Below, in pieces: positions 12,785 through 25,122 of a DNA stretch of 64,000 bases. A program made the position numbers and the translations under genes. Source of the stretch: Octopus vulgaris (taxonomy: Eukaryota); contig OX597825.1 of the NCBI GenBank assembly GCA_951406725.2, positions 9,734,001 through 9,798,000 of the forward strand. Direction: 5' to 3'. Every line of letters starts with the position of its first letter. Within the stretch, counting starts at the first letter, position 1. Under the pieces are notes generated by a model, which was not told where the DNA came from, ran no database searches, and was given only the letters and a program-made list of their open reading frames with translations.

Positions 12785-13122
12785 CTGAGACCCCCTTTCG
12801 GTCATTACTGACCATGGGACTGCACCTAAGAAGTTACCCTCCCAGGCACAAGTCCGGGCAAGGTTGTTTATGGAAGACCAGCAGTCGCCCATGCATACCA
12901 GCCTCCCCTCTCTATGCCACTGATGCTATCCAAGGGAAAGCAAGGGCCAATACAGCTTGGCACCTGTGACGTTGCAACTCATTTCTACATATGAGTGAAG
13001 TGGAGCAACGTGAAATAAAGTGTCTTGCTCAAGAACACAACATGCAACCCGGTCAGGGATTCGAACTCACAACCTCACGATCATAAGCTCGACACTCTAA
13101 CCACTGAGCCATGCGCCTTCAC
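12785..13122 (-). mobile_element. tRNA-derived SINE (second family)
   Basis: Head GGCGCATGGCTCAGTGGTTAGAG..GTTCGAATCC with A/B boxes, then GTGTTCTTGAGCAAGACACTTTATTTCACGTTGCTCC. Related copies at about 16429-16860, 22950-23165 and 42490-42806. Confidence 0.8.
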
Positions 13123-14919
13123 ACTGAATGTTTTGTTAAGTTACTGTGCCACTAAGTATATAACATTCTGCTGTGTCTTAAATTTTTCCCTAAATGTGTT
13201 TGACATTTTGGTGAGCTGGGGCATTGAGAAGACATGGTGTTTCATACAGCTTCGTTTTGGATGTCCCTACTATAATCAAAATGTCATTGCGTGTACTTAA
13301 AATGCAAGAAAAAAAAAGAATATTAATTAATTATGCACCATATATCAATCTATATTAGATCAGCCGAAGAAATTGAAAAATTTCCAACAATTAGAATTTT
13401 AAAATGTATGGAAAAAGAAAAGAGTGCACCGTAAAGATTATAGCAATAATGATTTGTTGTTGAAATGGGATAAACAGAAGAGGTTGGAAGACAAGCGAAT
13501 GATATAATAAAAGATAATGACTCAGACAATTTGTATCTAAGCAAATTCAAAAGACTGTGGAAGTAAAAGAATGTCAAGTAATGTTATTGTCTCAGTGTTC
13601 AAACACAGAATCTGCTTGTTTATAAATACTAAACTCTTTGTATTGGACACTATTAAGATTTGTGTCCGCATCTTAATTGTTGTAGTTACAACATTTCGGT
13701 CATTGTATTATCTGATCTTCAAATGCTGGTTGTATTCGATAATGTTCTCAGAATTTTGAACCAAACCTTTTGTTTGGTTTATAGGAACTAGTTTCAATAT
13801 ATCCATGAACAATGAGGGCAAACCTTCTTCATCTCAGAAATTCACCCTGAAATTTATCAGATCCATACTGACTCCATATAATGAGAGCAATCTGCTCTCA
13901 TGGAGAACAATGGAATTGGTTTGAAATTATAACATCATTAGGGACTGCAACAGGCACTTGAATAAGGCAATAATGGCCAAAACATTATGACTATAACAAG
14001 ATAAAGAGATTAGTTCAAATAAATTTGTAGATAATAAAGATAATTCCTTATCTTAGAAATTAAATCAGAAACACTTAAAAGTCTAGAAATTTCTGAAAAA
14101 TTGTGCTCTCTTACTACAACAATGATTTTTTACACTGCTACATGAGTCACATATTTTATCTTGCTTAATACATTTCGGCCTTACCTGATCTTTAGAATTG
14201 TTACCTATATCCCCTTCTCTAACCAATTTTCCATTTCTCATCTTCCTCCCACACATTCCTATCACTTCCACCTACCCACAATTCTTGGTTCCTTAGTCCC
14301 CCACTCACTTCGGCTCACCTTGTACATAGCTTGTGAGTCTACCCAGACACCTCATCACCACACTTTTTACCTCTTTTCAGTCCCATTCCGATCACCCACA
14401 CCTATTCTAAAATGTGAGTAGTCCTGTAGCTCCTCTACAGCAGGAAAACTGTTCTGCTCTGGCTCCTTTATTCATACTTCTAGCATAAAGCTTCCCCAAC
14501 TCTCGGGGTTCATAGTCTTGCAAGTGGCACGGTGACCTCACTAGTGATGGTGGTATAAAATAAAAAAAAAACAACAGCACCCAATGCATGCTGTAAAATG
14601 CTGGACATTAGGAAGGATATCCAGCTATAGAAAACATGCCAAAGGAGACAGTGGACCTCAATGCAGTCCTTGAACCCATCAGATCTTCTCAATCCATTCA
14701 ATCTATGCCAGCAGGGAACATGAACATTTCAATGATAATGATTTAATTATGATGACAGTGAAAACACCTGTTTCCCATACTGGCACGGGTTGGATGGCTT
14801 GAAAAAAGTTGGCAAACCAGAGGACAGGATGAAGTTCCAATGTCTGTTTTGGCATGGTTTTTATGACTGGATGTGCTTCCTAACACCGACCACTTTACAG
14901 AGTGTACTGGGTGCTTTTT

Positions 14920-15580
14920 AGGTGACACCAGCACCAGTGCTTTATATGTGGAACCAGTGCAGGTGCTTTATCTGTGGTACCAGCACAGGTGTTTTATACA
15001 TGGCACCAGCAGCAGTGCTTTTTTATGTGGCACCAGCACCAGTACTTTTCATGTGGCATCAGCACCAGTATATTTCATGTGGCACCAGTGCTTTTCATGT
15101 GGCACCAGCACCAGTTCTTTTCATGTGGCATCAGCACCATTGCTTTTCATGTGGCACCAGTGCTTTTTGTGTGGCACCAGTGCTTTTCATGTGGTACCAG
15201 TGCTTTTCATGTGGCATCAGCACCACTACTTTTCATGAGGCATCTACACCAGTGCTTTCATGTGGCACCAGCACAAGTGCTTTTCATGTGGCACCAGCAC
15301 CACTACTTTTCATGAGGCATCTACACCAGTGCTTTCATGTGGCACCAGCACAAGTGCTTTTCATGTGGCACCAGCACCAGTGCTGTTCATGTGGTACCAG
15401 CACTAGTGCTTTTTATGTGGCATCAGCACCAGTACTTTTCATGTGGCATCTGCACCAGTGCTTTCATGTGGCACCAGTGCTTTTCATGTGGTACCAGTGC
15501 TTTTCATGTGACATAAGTACCAGTGCTTTCCATGTGGTACCAGGACCAGTGCTTTCCATGTGGTACCAGGACCAGTGCTT
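14920..15580. repeat. Degenerate minisatellite of about 20-26 bp units (GCACCAGTGCTTTTCATGTG) grown from an RTE-UTR-like copy
   Basis: Directly visible tandem units, which explain the 246-aa pseudo-ORF. Confidence 0.9.
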
Positions 15581-17010
15581 TAAGAGACAGATACAAAAGT
15601 CAGTGTTTGCAGAAGTATATCTGAGACAAGTATATTACTGGTACTTATTTTTATTAATCTAAGATAGATAAGAGGCTAAATTAACTCAGAAAGTGTGCTA
15701 CAAACTGAAATACTGTTTTGAGATTATTCATTAAGTGGAGATAAATAAAATCAATATTTGGTGAAAAACAGAAAAATCCTATTCTTTCTTTTATTTTCAT
15801 TCATTATTCTTTTGTAGTTTTGTGTGTATGTATGTGTGTATCTGTTTGTGTAATTATGTGTATGGTTGTGTATATATGTGCTAAAGTGTGTATGTATACA
15901 TAAATGTTTGTATATATTGCATATATTATACACGTATATATATAATACATACACACATGCATACGCACATACACAGATACATACACAGATGTACATAATT
16001 CTTGTTTATATATTTTCTTTTAAATTTTATTCTTTTTCTTTTTTTATTCATTTTTCTTTCAATATATTCTGTCTTTTATTCAAATTCAAAATCTACTTTA
16101 AACTTTAATTATATTTCGTTATTTTCTTTTATATTTCTTCTAGGTTTTTCACAAGAAATCCTTAAGTTTTAGAAGAAATTAAAATATTTTTCGAAAACCA
16201 ACAATGACGAAATATACATATAAATGAAAATAAAAATTAAAAATAAAAATTTAAAAAATGAATGAGATAAAATAGATAAATAGCAAACAAAAATAAACAC
16301 AGAAATAAAGATATAAATAAGAAAAATATACAAGCAAACAAAACAAGAAGAAAAATCAGACAGTGTACTTGGTGGTAGGAACAAACTTGACTTAACACAT
16401 GCACCACACAAGCAGTGTGTGTGTGAGAAGGCATGTGGCTCAGTGGTTAGAGCATCGGACTTCTAATCATGAGGTAGTGAGTTCAATTCTCAGACCAGGC
16501 TGTGTGTTGTGTTCTTGGGCAAGGCACTTCATTTCATGTTGCTCCAACCACTCAACTGTAGAAATAAGCTACCAGCTGGGTGAAGACAGTGCAGGATGGC
16601 CTTGTGAGTGTATCTGGTAAACGGAAACTGAAAGAAGCCTTGTGCATGTGTGCATGCATGCGTGTGTATATTTTTCCAGTACCACTGTTTGACAACCAGT
16701 ATCAGTGTGTTTAAATTCCTGTAACTTAGCAGTTTGGCAAAAGACACCGATAGAATAAGTATTAGGCTTAAAAATGAAATTTAGTTCAGCTAAAATCCCT
16801 TAATGTGCTGCCCCAGCATGGGCAAAATCTAAGGACTGAATCAAGTAAAAGATAAAAGATAAAATATAAATATTTGATTGCATGTACATATAAAAATAAT
16901 AATTAACCAAATAAGAAACAAAGAAATAATGATACAAGTTGATGCTATTAACTAAATGTATCTTAGGCCATTCACAAAATGTTATTCACACATAACTATT
17001 ACAATATTAA

Positions 17011-17130
17011 CACTTACACGTTCGTGCATGCGCTCTTAAACGTTCGCGCATGCGCACGAACACGTTCGCGCATGTGCACTTACACGTTCGCGCATGCGCA
17101 TGCACAAGTACGCGCATGCGCACTTACACG
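17011..17130. repeat. 22-bp tandem repeat (about 5.5 copies) containing GCGCATGCGC
   Basis: Unit CACTTACACGTTCGCGCATGCG. Confidence 0.9.
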
Positions 17131-17389
17131 TAAATATAACAATATGACAAAGAATTTAGTAAAATAACTTAGTTATCATTAAGCTAAATCATTTGTACCA
17201 CAGAGCCAGAGGTGGTTTCAGCCGGGTTGGTATCGAAAGGGTTAAACACACCTCTACATTAGGGCTGATGTACATTAGAAGCAGTTGGAAGGGTGTGGAT
17301 TGAAGGAAATTTAGGCTAGTATTTCTAGCATATAGAGTGACCACATTGAGGTCTCCTTCTTTCTTGTTTTCTGTTGATTATTTTTCTTC

Positions 17390-17894
17390 TTAACCCTTTC
17401 ATTACTGTATTTATTTTGAGATGCTTTGTGTTTCTTTCAATTAATTTTAAATGATAAAAAGAATTTAGTAAAATAACTAAGTTATCATTCAGCTAGTGTT
17501 AGGAACATAAATTGTGACTAAAGTTTGGTGGAAGATTTTAATTAAGAACTTTTGAAAATAAGACATTTGTAATACAGAGCCAGAGGTGGTTTCAGCCATG
17601 TTGGCATCAAAGGGTTAAAAATAGCATGGTGACTTTAACCCTTTTATTATCCTATTTCTGTTGAGATGCTCTGTGTTTCTTTCAATTAATTTAAATATAA
17701 CAAAGAATTTAGTAAAATAACTTAGTTATCATTAAGCTAGTGTTAGGAACATAAATTGTGACTAAGGTTTGGTGGAAGATTTTGATTCAGAGCCAGATCC
17801 AGTTTCAGCTGGGTTGGTATCAAAAGGGTTAAAGAAAGAAAGTTTGTACTCAGAACCAGATCCAGTTTCAGCTGGGTTGGTATCAAAAGGGTTA
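17390..17894. mobile_element. Tandem piggyBac-like MITE copies (TTAACCCTT...AAGGGTTAA)
   Basis: Two roughly 200-230 bp copies bounded by TTAA-CCC/GGG-TTAA, plus a duplicated end. A partial copy ends at 17245, and a similar MITE lies at 43389-43606. Confidence 0.65.
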
Positions 17895-18462
17895 AAGAAA
17901 GAAAGAACATAACAGAAGGAAAAAGTAAATTAAACATACAGTGACAGAAAAAACACAATGAGAGAGAAAAAAAATATGTTTGTTTCAAAATGAGTTCCAA
18001 ATTGGCTTTTCATTCACAAAGGCGCATAGGCAGCAATTAATGACAGTGCCCCAGTATGGGCATGGCCTCTGGCTGAAACATAATACAATAACCGAGAAAC
18101 ATGACACAGAAAACAAATTGGTAAATGAATAACAAGGAGAAAACAAATATGAAAGAAGAGAAATGACAGAAAATTTCCAACTAGAATTTTCCGTTTCTTT
18201 AGAAGTCCACAACAAATAACCTGATCTCCGCTGGCAATTATTAAGTCTACTACTATGCTTATATTTTTTTTTCCAGTTAAGGAAAAGAACTCAACTTCAT
18301 TCTGTTGTTACCAAGCTTATAAACAGTCGTGCACGTGTAAAGACAAACCAGTTTGTACTGGTTTCGAGTTTTGGCACAAGGCCGGCAATTTCAGAGGAGA
18401 GACTAAGTCGATTACATCAACCCCAGCGCTCTATTGGTACCTATTTTATTGACCCTGAAAGT

Positions 18463-18660
18463 ATGAAAAGCAAAGTCAACCCCAAAAAGATGAAAGGCAA
18501 AGTCGACCGCGAAAAGATGAAAGGCAAAGTCGACCCCAAAAAGATGAAAGGCAAAGTCAACCCCAAAAAGACGAAAGGCAAAGTCGACCCCAAAAAGACG
18601 AAAGGCAAAGTCGACCCCAAAAAGACGAAAGGCAAAGTCAACCCCAAAAAGATGAACGGC
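18463..18660. repeat. 27-bp tandem repeat (about 7 copies) derived from a SINE segment
   Basis: Unit AAAGGCAAAGTCGACCCCAAAAAGATG. The same motif occurs once in SINE copies, e.g. about 55835-55865. Confidence 0.9.
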
Positions 18661-19688
18661 AAGCAGTGATGGGGGACAAACAATGATACACACACACATA
18701 CATACACACACACACATATATGCAATGGGCTTCATTCAGTTTCCATCTACCAAATCCACTCACATGGCTTTGATTGGCCCAAGGTTACAGCAGAAGACAC
18801 TTACTCAAAGTACCACACGGTGGGACTGAACCTAGAACCATGTGGTTGGTAAGTAAACTTTTTTACCACACAGCCAAGCCATTTCTTTTTCTACATCTGA
18901 GGACTAAGATCTGGGTATGGAGTGTGGATATCCACTCTCTCTCTTCTATCTAAAACCCCACAATAACTGAATGTGTGCATTATAGAGTTGAAAAGCTTTT
19001 AGAAAAAGTATCAACGCCTGAGGACAAAGATAACATATGTCTACTAATACGGGAGACTGGCTCTTATTAATATAATGAAATTTCCCATTATTAACCTAAT
19101 AAAAGTCTTTTTTTTTTTTTAAGTGCTTAAATCTAATGTTATGTCTAGAAAATTAAATTTTGCAAAGTTACTCTTGACAATAATTTATAATTCTCATTGA
19201 AATTATATTTCTTCTAAATTTATCTACATTGTGTCTATTCATATTATTTTTTTTCACTTGTTTCAGTCATTTGACTGCAGCCATGCTGGAGCACCGCCTT
19301 TAATCGAGCAACTCGACCCCGGGACTTATTCTTTTTTTGTAAGCCCAGTACTTATTCTATGGGTCTCTTTTGCCGAACCGCTTAGTAACGGGGACATAAA
19401 CACACCATCATTGGTTGTCAAGCAATGCTAGGGGGACAAACACAGACACACAAACACACACACGCATATATATATATACGACGGGCTTCTTTCAGTTTCC
19501 GTCTACCAAATCCACTCACAAGGCTTTGGTCGGCCCGAGGCTATAGTAGGTGCCACGCAGTGGGACTGAACCCGGAACCATGTGGTCGGTAAACAAGCTA
19601 CTTACCACGCAGCCACTCCTGCGCCTCATATTTTGTTAGAGAAAAATAACTGATCACCAAGATAGCACCCTCCATCCAACACAGTGAA

Positions 19689-19702
19689 GTTACCATGGCA
19701 AC
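19689..19702. promoter_or_regulatory. RFX X-box GTTACCATGGCAAC
   Basis: Exact match to the GTTNCCATGGNAAC consensus, inside a ciliary gene. Confidence 0.5.
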
Positions 19703-21869
19703 AAATTTAAAATATATATAAACGAATGATTTCACACACCTCCACACCTTCAAAGCAACCAAAGCCACATCAAACAAATTTTTCTTTCTCAGTTCTGCAT
19801 TTTCACAAAACAAAAAAAAAATTCTTTCTTAGCATGCAGAACAATATCAACATCTGAATTGCAAATTGGATTAATGGCGTTGGTGAAGGTTAAATTTGTG
19901 GCAGTAACATCTGACTGATAGATGAAAAAAAAAAAATTCACAATATCAAAATGATAAAAAGGAAGAAACAAATTTGCTTAATAACGATGTTATTAAACCT
20001 TTCTACAAATGAAAAACTATTATTCTATAATCGGAACTGGACTACTTTTCAAAGACAAGAAATAGGGTCTAAGATTTCTTTACTATATATATCTAAAGCT
20101 GTTATCCTTACTAGGCCAAAATCTGTTTAGTGTAGGTTTTAATTAAACTTCACTTAGGCTTGTTAGAAAAAAAGTGTTCTTATGATCTTTCAGTGTGATG
20201 TATGGTGATAAAAGGTGAAAGATCTCTGCACTATCATCTGTTTTAAATATGAATGACGTCTCTTTGGCTTCTAGCTTAACAGCTAAGTGGATATTGAAAT
20301 GGGAATTTTTTTTATACATACTGGTTAGGCTCTCAGATAAGAATCTTTTATAAACATTTTTATCGAAACTATTAAGATTTTTGCCTCTGTTCTTTCTACG
20401 GCTGTTCTTTAGTATACTGTGCTATGTAAGAATTGAATGATTGTTCCCAAAACAAAATCTGACATCAGAATTAGAGCAAATAGTTTTTAAGACCAGACAT
20501 TACTTGTACAAGCATGCGCTGATCCAAGGAGGAAATTTGCTACGAGGTTTTGAAATGTTTTTGGAGAATAAGGGAAAATAATGATAGAACTGTAATGATG
20601 CCATCTTGAAAATCTCCAGCACGCATGCGCAGGGCTGGAGTCTTCTGGGAGTCCTACCAGAAGTTCCCTCATGTGCATGCGCAGAAAACTAGCAGCGGTG
20701 AAATTCCCTCGTATTGCTCTTTTGAACGCCAGCAGCTGAACAAGACAGGTGTGTTTTAGCAGCTCTCTCAAGCTGCTGCCTCGTGGCATATCCCCAGTAT
20801 GCTTGAATGGACAGGATTTGGCTCACTCCACTTGACTACTGCGATAAGCTCCTAGGCTGCCAATCACCCAGAAAGAAGAATGTATATATTGCAAATCAAG
20901 AAATAAATATTTATACTGTTGAAGTAAACTGGAATTCTTGACTCTTTCTTCAATTAATATTTAATGTAAAAGGATGTGAGCTGCACCCATCCAGTGCAGG
21001 GACTTATCATCCTGTTACAGTACTAAACAGATCTGTCCTTATTTTCAACCTTAAGTATGGAATAAAACTCAAAGCATAATTAAAACCTTGAATATAATGT
21101 TACAAAACGAAAGTGAAAGTAAGTTATCATCATTGCTCAACCAAAAACATTGTTGCAGAACAAAAGAAATTTAAATTTAAGAAGTGATTCACTTAAAAAT
21201 TGCTTGCATAGATTGAAAGAATCAATTCTTATCAGAGTAAATTTCAAGGGACATAACCCACCAGAGAAAAATTCTCAGCAAAGAAGATCACTAGTTTTTG
21301 CTTTCATCTTCATCTTTTGTAATTCATTTACTAATTCATTATCTGTGTCACATTGCAAACTGTTTTTTGATTATCAGGTCTGGCTTTGTGAATGAAAAAC
21401 TAATTAGGAACTCATTTTAAAACTTAACCATATTTTTTTTTTCGCACACTGATATTTTTTTCACCCTGTTTGATAAACTTACTTTCTCATTCCGTAGAGT
21501 TCTTTCTTCCTCTCGTTAATATTGTAAATAGTGAGTGTGAATACTATTTTGCGAATGGCTTAAAATAGCTTCAATTAACATGAATTGTATTTCTATTTTT
21601 ATTTATATTTTCAGTTGTTTTTATTTTTTTCATTTTTGTAAATACACCCAATCAAATATCTCTATTCAATTTCATTTTTACATATGCCTCAAACAAAATA
21701 CTTCTTAGTTTTAATTTTTCCTTTATTTTATCAATAGTTTCCAGTTTCATTATTCGGATTTCATTTGAGAACCAAGCTGGAAGCTTTAGCTTAGTATATG
21801 TATGTGCATGTGCCTCTATGCATGTGCATGTGCCTCTATGCATGTGTATGTTGTTGTTTGTTCCTTCTC

Positions 21870-22148
21870 TAACCATGCCTGGCTCATAAGGGCCGGTTTC
21901 CTTGGTGTATAGGTTCCCCACCTGGACGGCACACCGGTCTGTCGCAGGTGAACTGCAAGTTGCAGGAGGAAAGAGTTTGAGAAAGTTGTGGCGAAAGAGT
22001 CAGCAAAAGTTCACCATTACCTTCTGCCAGAGCCGCGAGGAGCTTAGGTGTTTCGCTCATAAACACACACATTGCTTGGTCTGAGATTCGAACCCGCAAT
22101 CCCTCGACCGCGAGTCTGCTGCTCTAACCACTAGGCCATGTGCCTCCA
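21870..22148 (-). mobile_element. tRNA-derived SINE (OR-like family)
   Basis: Head GGCACATGGCCTAGTGGTTAGAGCAGCAGACTCGCGGTCGAGGGATTGCGGGTTCGAATCTC. Related copies at 29654-29990 (+) and 59470-59756 (-). Confidence 0.8.
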
Positions 22149-22679
22149 CTATGTGTATATAGGTGAGTGTGGGGGTGTCTGGGTAGGGAGGTGATTATGT
22201 GGGGTAGGGTGGGGTGAGGGCGCCTGTGGTAGGTGAGGGTACCAGCGTGTGGAGGTGCGGGTGCCAGTATGTGGGTGTGGAGGTACTTGCATGTAGGTGT
22301 AGGGATGCCTGTGGAGGAGGGCTTGTCTCTGGGTGTGGAGGTGCCTGCGTTTGGATGTCAAGGTGCCTATCTGTTGGGGTGGGGTGCCTGTCTATGGGTG
22401 TGGGGTTGCTTCTGAGTGGGATGCCTGTCTGGGGGGGGGGGGGCTGTGTGGGGGGTGCCAGTGTGGGGGTGTTTGTGTGTGTGGGTGCCTATGTGTGGGC
22501 GTGCCTGTGTGTGGGAATGCCTGTGTGGGAGGGGTGCCTGTGTGTGGGGATGCCTGTATAGGGGGTGCCTGTGTGTGTGTGTGTGTATCTGTGTGTGTAT
22601 GTGTGTATGTGTAAATTGTTTTTCTTCGGTTCCTTCTCTGGCTAAAAATGTAAAAAAACCACAAAGTTATTTTACTGAC

Positions 22680-22836
22680 CTGGAAGTGTGTGATAGGATG
22701 GCAGGTGGATGGATTTCTTCATGAAAGATTGCTCTGGCTGATAAAAACGAAATGTCTGATCGATGACATGAGGCTGGAACATGAGTTTGAGGTAGAGGAT
22801 GGCGATAATTCCACCACTTGATGCTCTGAATTGTAT
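22680..22836 (-). CDS. NPHP4: NPHP4 internal exon (157 nt, phase 0/1): [52 protein letters not shown](G)
   Basis: Strong similarity to the recalled human NPHP4 segment [53 protein letters not shown]. Donor CAG|GTCAGT; acceptor aaataaaAG. Confidence 0.95.
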
Positions 22837-23280
22837 CTTTTATTTACAGCAAGGAACCACAGCAAAGAGACATGGTAAAGGAGAAAAGGAAACAAATAGA
22901 GAAAAATGTCATTGCATCGTTATAGAAAATTTTGTCTAATTATGTAAAACATAGGGTGTTGGATTTATGATCGTAAGATTGTGGTTTCAATTCTTGGACT
23001 GGGCAACACATTGTGTTCTTGAGCAAGACACTTCATTTCATGTTGCTCCAGTCAATTCAAGTGGCACCAATGAGTAACCCTGTGATAGACCAGTGTCCCG
23101 TCCCAGTGGAAAACGGGAAACCAGCCCTTGTGAGTCAGTATGAGTTGGGAAGGAACTTTACCTTTTTTCTTATGTAAAATAGATGTATTCCTAACGAAGA
23201 TAGTCGTTAAATTCTATAAACTGGTGACTGGTCATGGGTAAGATTTGTAGACAAAAGACCTCAAAAGAAACAGTTGTGAC

Positions 23281-23412
23281 TCAGGAGTCAATTCAGTTCA
23301 AAGTATTACAGAGTCAGGAGTCAATTCAGTTCAAAGTATTACAGAGTCAGGAGTCAATTCAGTTCAAAGTATTACAGAGTCAGGAGTCAATTCAGTTCAA
23401 AGTATTACAGAG
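23281..23412. repeat. 33-bp tandem repeat x4
   Basis: Unit TCAGGAGTCAATTCAGTTCAAAGTATTACAGAG. Confidence 0.95.
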
Positions 23413-24779
23413 TATTAGTGTACACCTCTTCTTTTGTGCAATTTTTTATATTGATTTGTTTGTTCATTCATTTATACCTATGTGCACACATACATCATCA
23501 TCATCATCATCATGATCAATATTTGACATCTGTTTCCCATGCTGGCATGGCTTGGACCACTTGACAGGAACTGGCAAGGCCAAGGGCCACACCAGATTAC
23601 CCTGTCTGCTTTTGGCATGGTTTCTACAGCTGGATGCCCTTCAAAATGCCAACCACTTTACACAGTGTACCAAGTGCTTTTATCTGGTACCAGCACCCAC
23701 ACCAATGCTTTATACATGGCACTTTGGTTCTAGGATATCAATTCTGTTGTGGTGGGCAAGTCTTCTTGAGAACAGCAATGTTACACATATCTCATGCTAC
23801 TAGGGTGCCAAGAGAACCATCCGAACATGATCGTTGCCAGAGAGCACCATCCAAGCATGATCGTTGCCAGAGAGCACCATTCGAGTGTGGTCGTTGCCAG
23901 AGCGGCTAACTGGCTTCCGAGTCAGTGGCACATAAAAGGGCACCATTCGAGCGTGATCATTACCAGCGTCGCCTTACTGGCACCTGTGCCGGTGGCATCT
24001 GTAAAGAAGATTCAAGCGAGGTTATTGCCAGTACCACCTGACTGCCCCCCGTGCCAGTGGCACATAAAAGGCACCCACTACACTCTCGGAGTGGCTGGCG
24101 TTAGGAAGGGCATCCAGCTGTAGAAACTCTGCCAGATCAAGATTGGGGAGCCTGGTGCAGCCATCTGGTTCGCCAGTCCTCAGTCAAAATCGTCCAACCC
24201 ATGCCAGCATGGAAAGCGGACGTTAAACGATGATGATGATGATGATCTCATTCCTCTGTCACACACACACACACACACACTCATGCAAGGACGAAGTCCT
24301 CACAGGAAAGGTTCCTTTGTTCATTTACAAGTCTTCAATGCAATTTGCATGGAGAGATCACAATTGCTGTTGCATTGCCTAGGAATGCTCTGACGTAAAA
24401 TATTACATCACATATTCTAACAAGTGTGTGCGTGTGTGTGTGTGTGTGTGTGTGCACCTGCATGCATGTGTGTGTGTATGTGTCTCATCCGTATGGCATC
24501 ATCGAAACGGTAGAATATTAAATGCTACTTTATCTGTGAGACAATCTATAAGATAAATAGCTATCTATAATGTTATTCTGCTAATCCCAACGTGTGTTAG
24601 AGTGTTAAATCCTAAGTGATCTTAACTGTGGAATGAAATAATTAAAGACAGAACTGAAATCTTATAAGCATAATGAAACAAGTTCTAGTGGTACACATTG
24701 AAATGTAATCAAAATCTTGAATATAATGAAATAATGGCATGTAAATCTATACATTTAGTCATTTAAACAAAAATATAGA

Positions 24780-25073
24780 TACAATTCTATATTTGAGAGA
24801 TGAGGAATTATGTACATTATTTACATTATTTACATTTGACGAATATTTGTCCTCATCTTTTTTGTTGTTAACACAATGTTTCGGCTGATATACCTGCCAG
24901 GCTTCATCAGGTGTCTTGGGGAAATTTCAAACCTGGGTTCTCATTCCTAAGGTATTTTTCAATGTTATTATTGTCGTTGTTGTTGTTGTTGTTATTATTA
25001 TTGTTAAAGTCACTGCCTGGAATCGAACTTGGAATCTTGGGGTTAGTAGCCTGCACCCTTAACCACTATGCCA
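24780..25073 (-). mobile_element. tRNA-headed SINE carrying a minimal hammerhead motif (hammerhead at 24870-24915)
   Basis: A box TGGCATAGTGG, B box GTTCGATTCC, an (AAC/AAT)n linker, then GACAC CTGATGA..CAGCC GAAAC ATT GTGTT. Head-only copy at 12640-12733; headless copies at 42841-43002 and 45582-45757. Confidence 0.75.
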
Positions 25074-25122
25074 AGACACCTGATGAAGGCTGGAGGGTAT
25101 ATATAATATATAGGCATTCACA

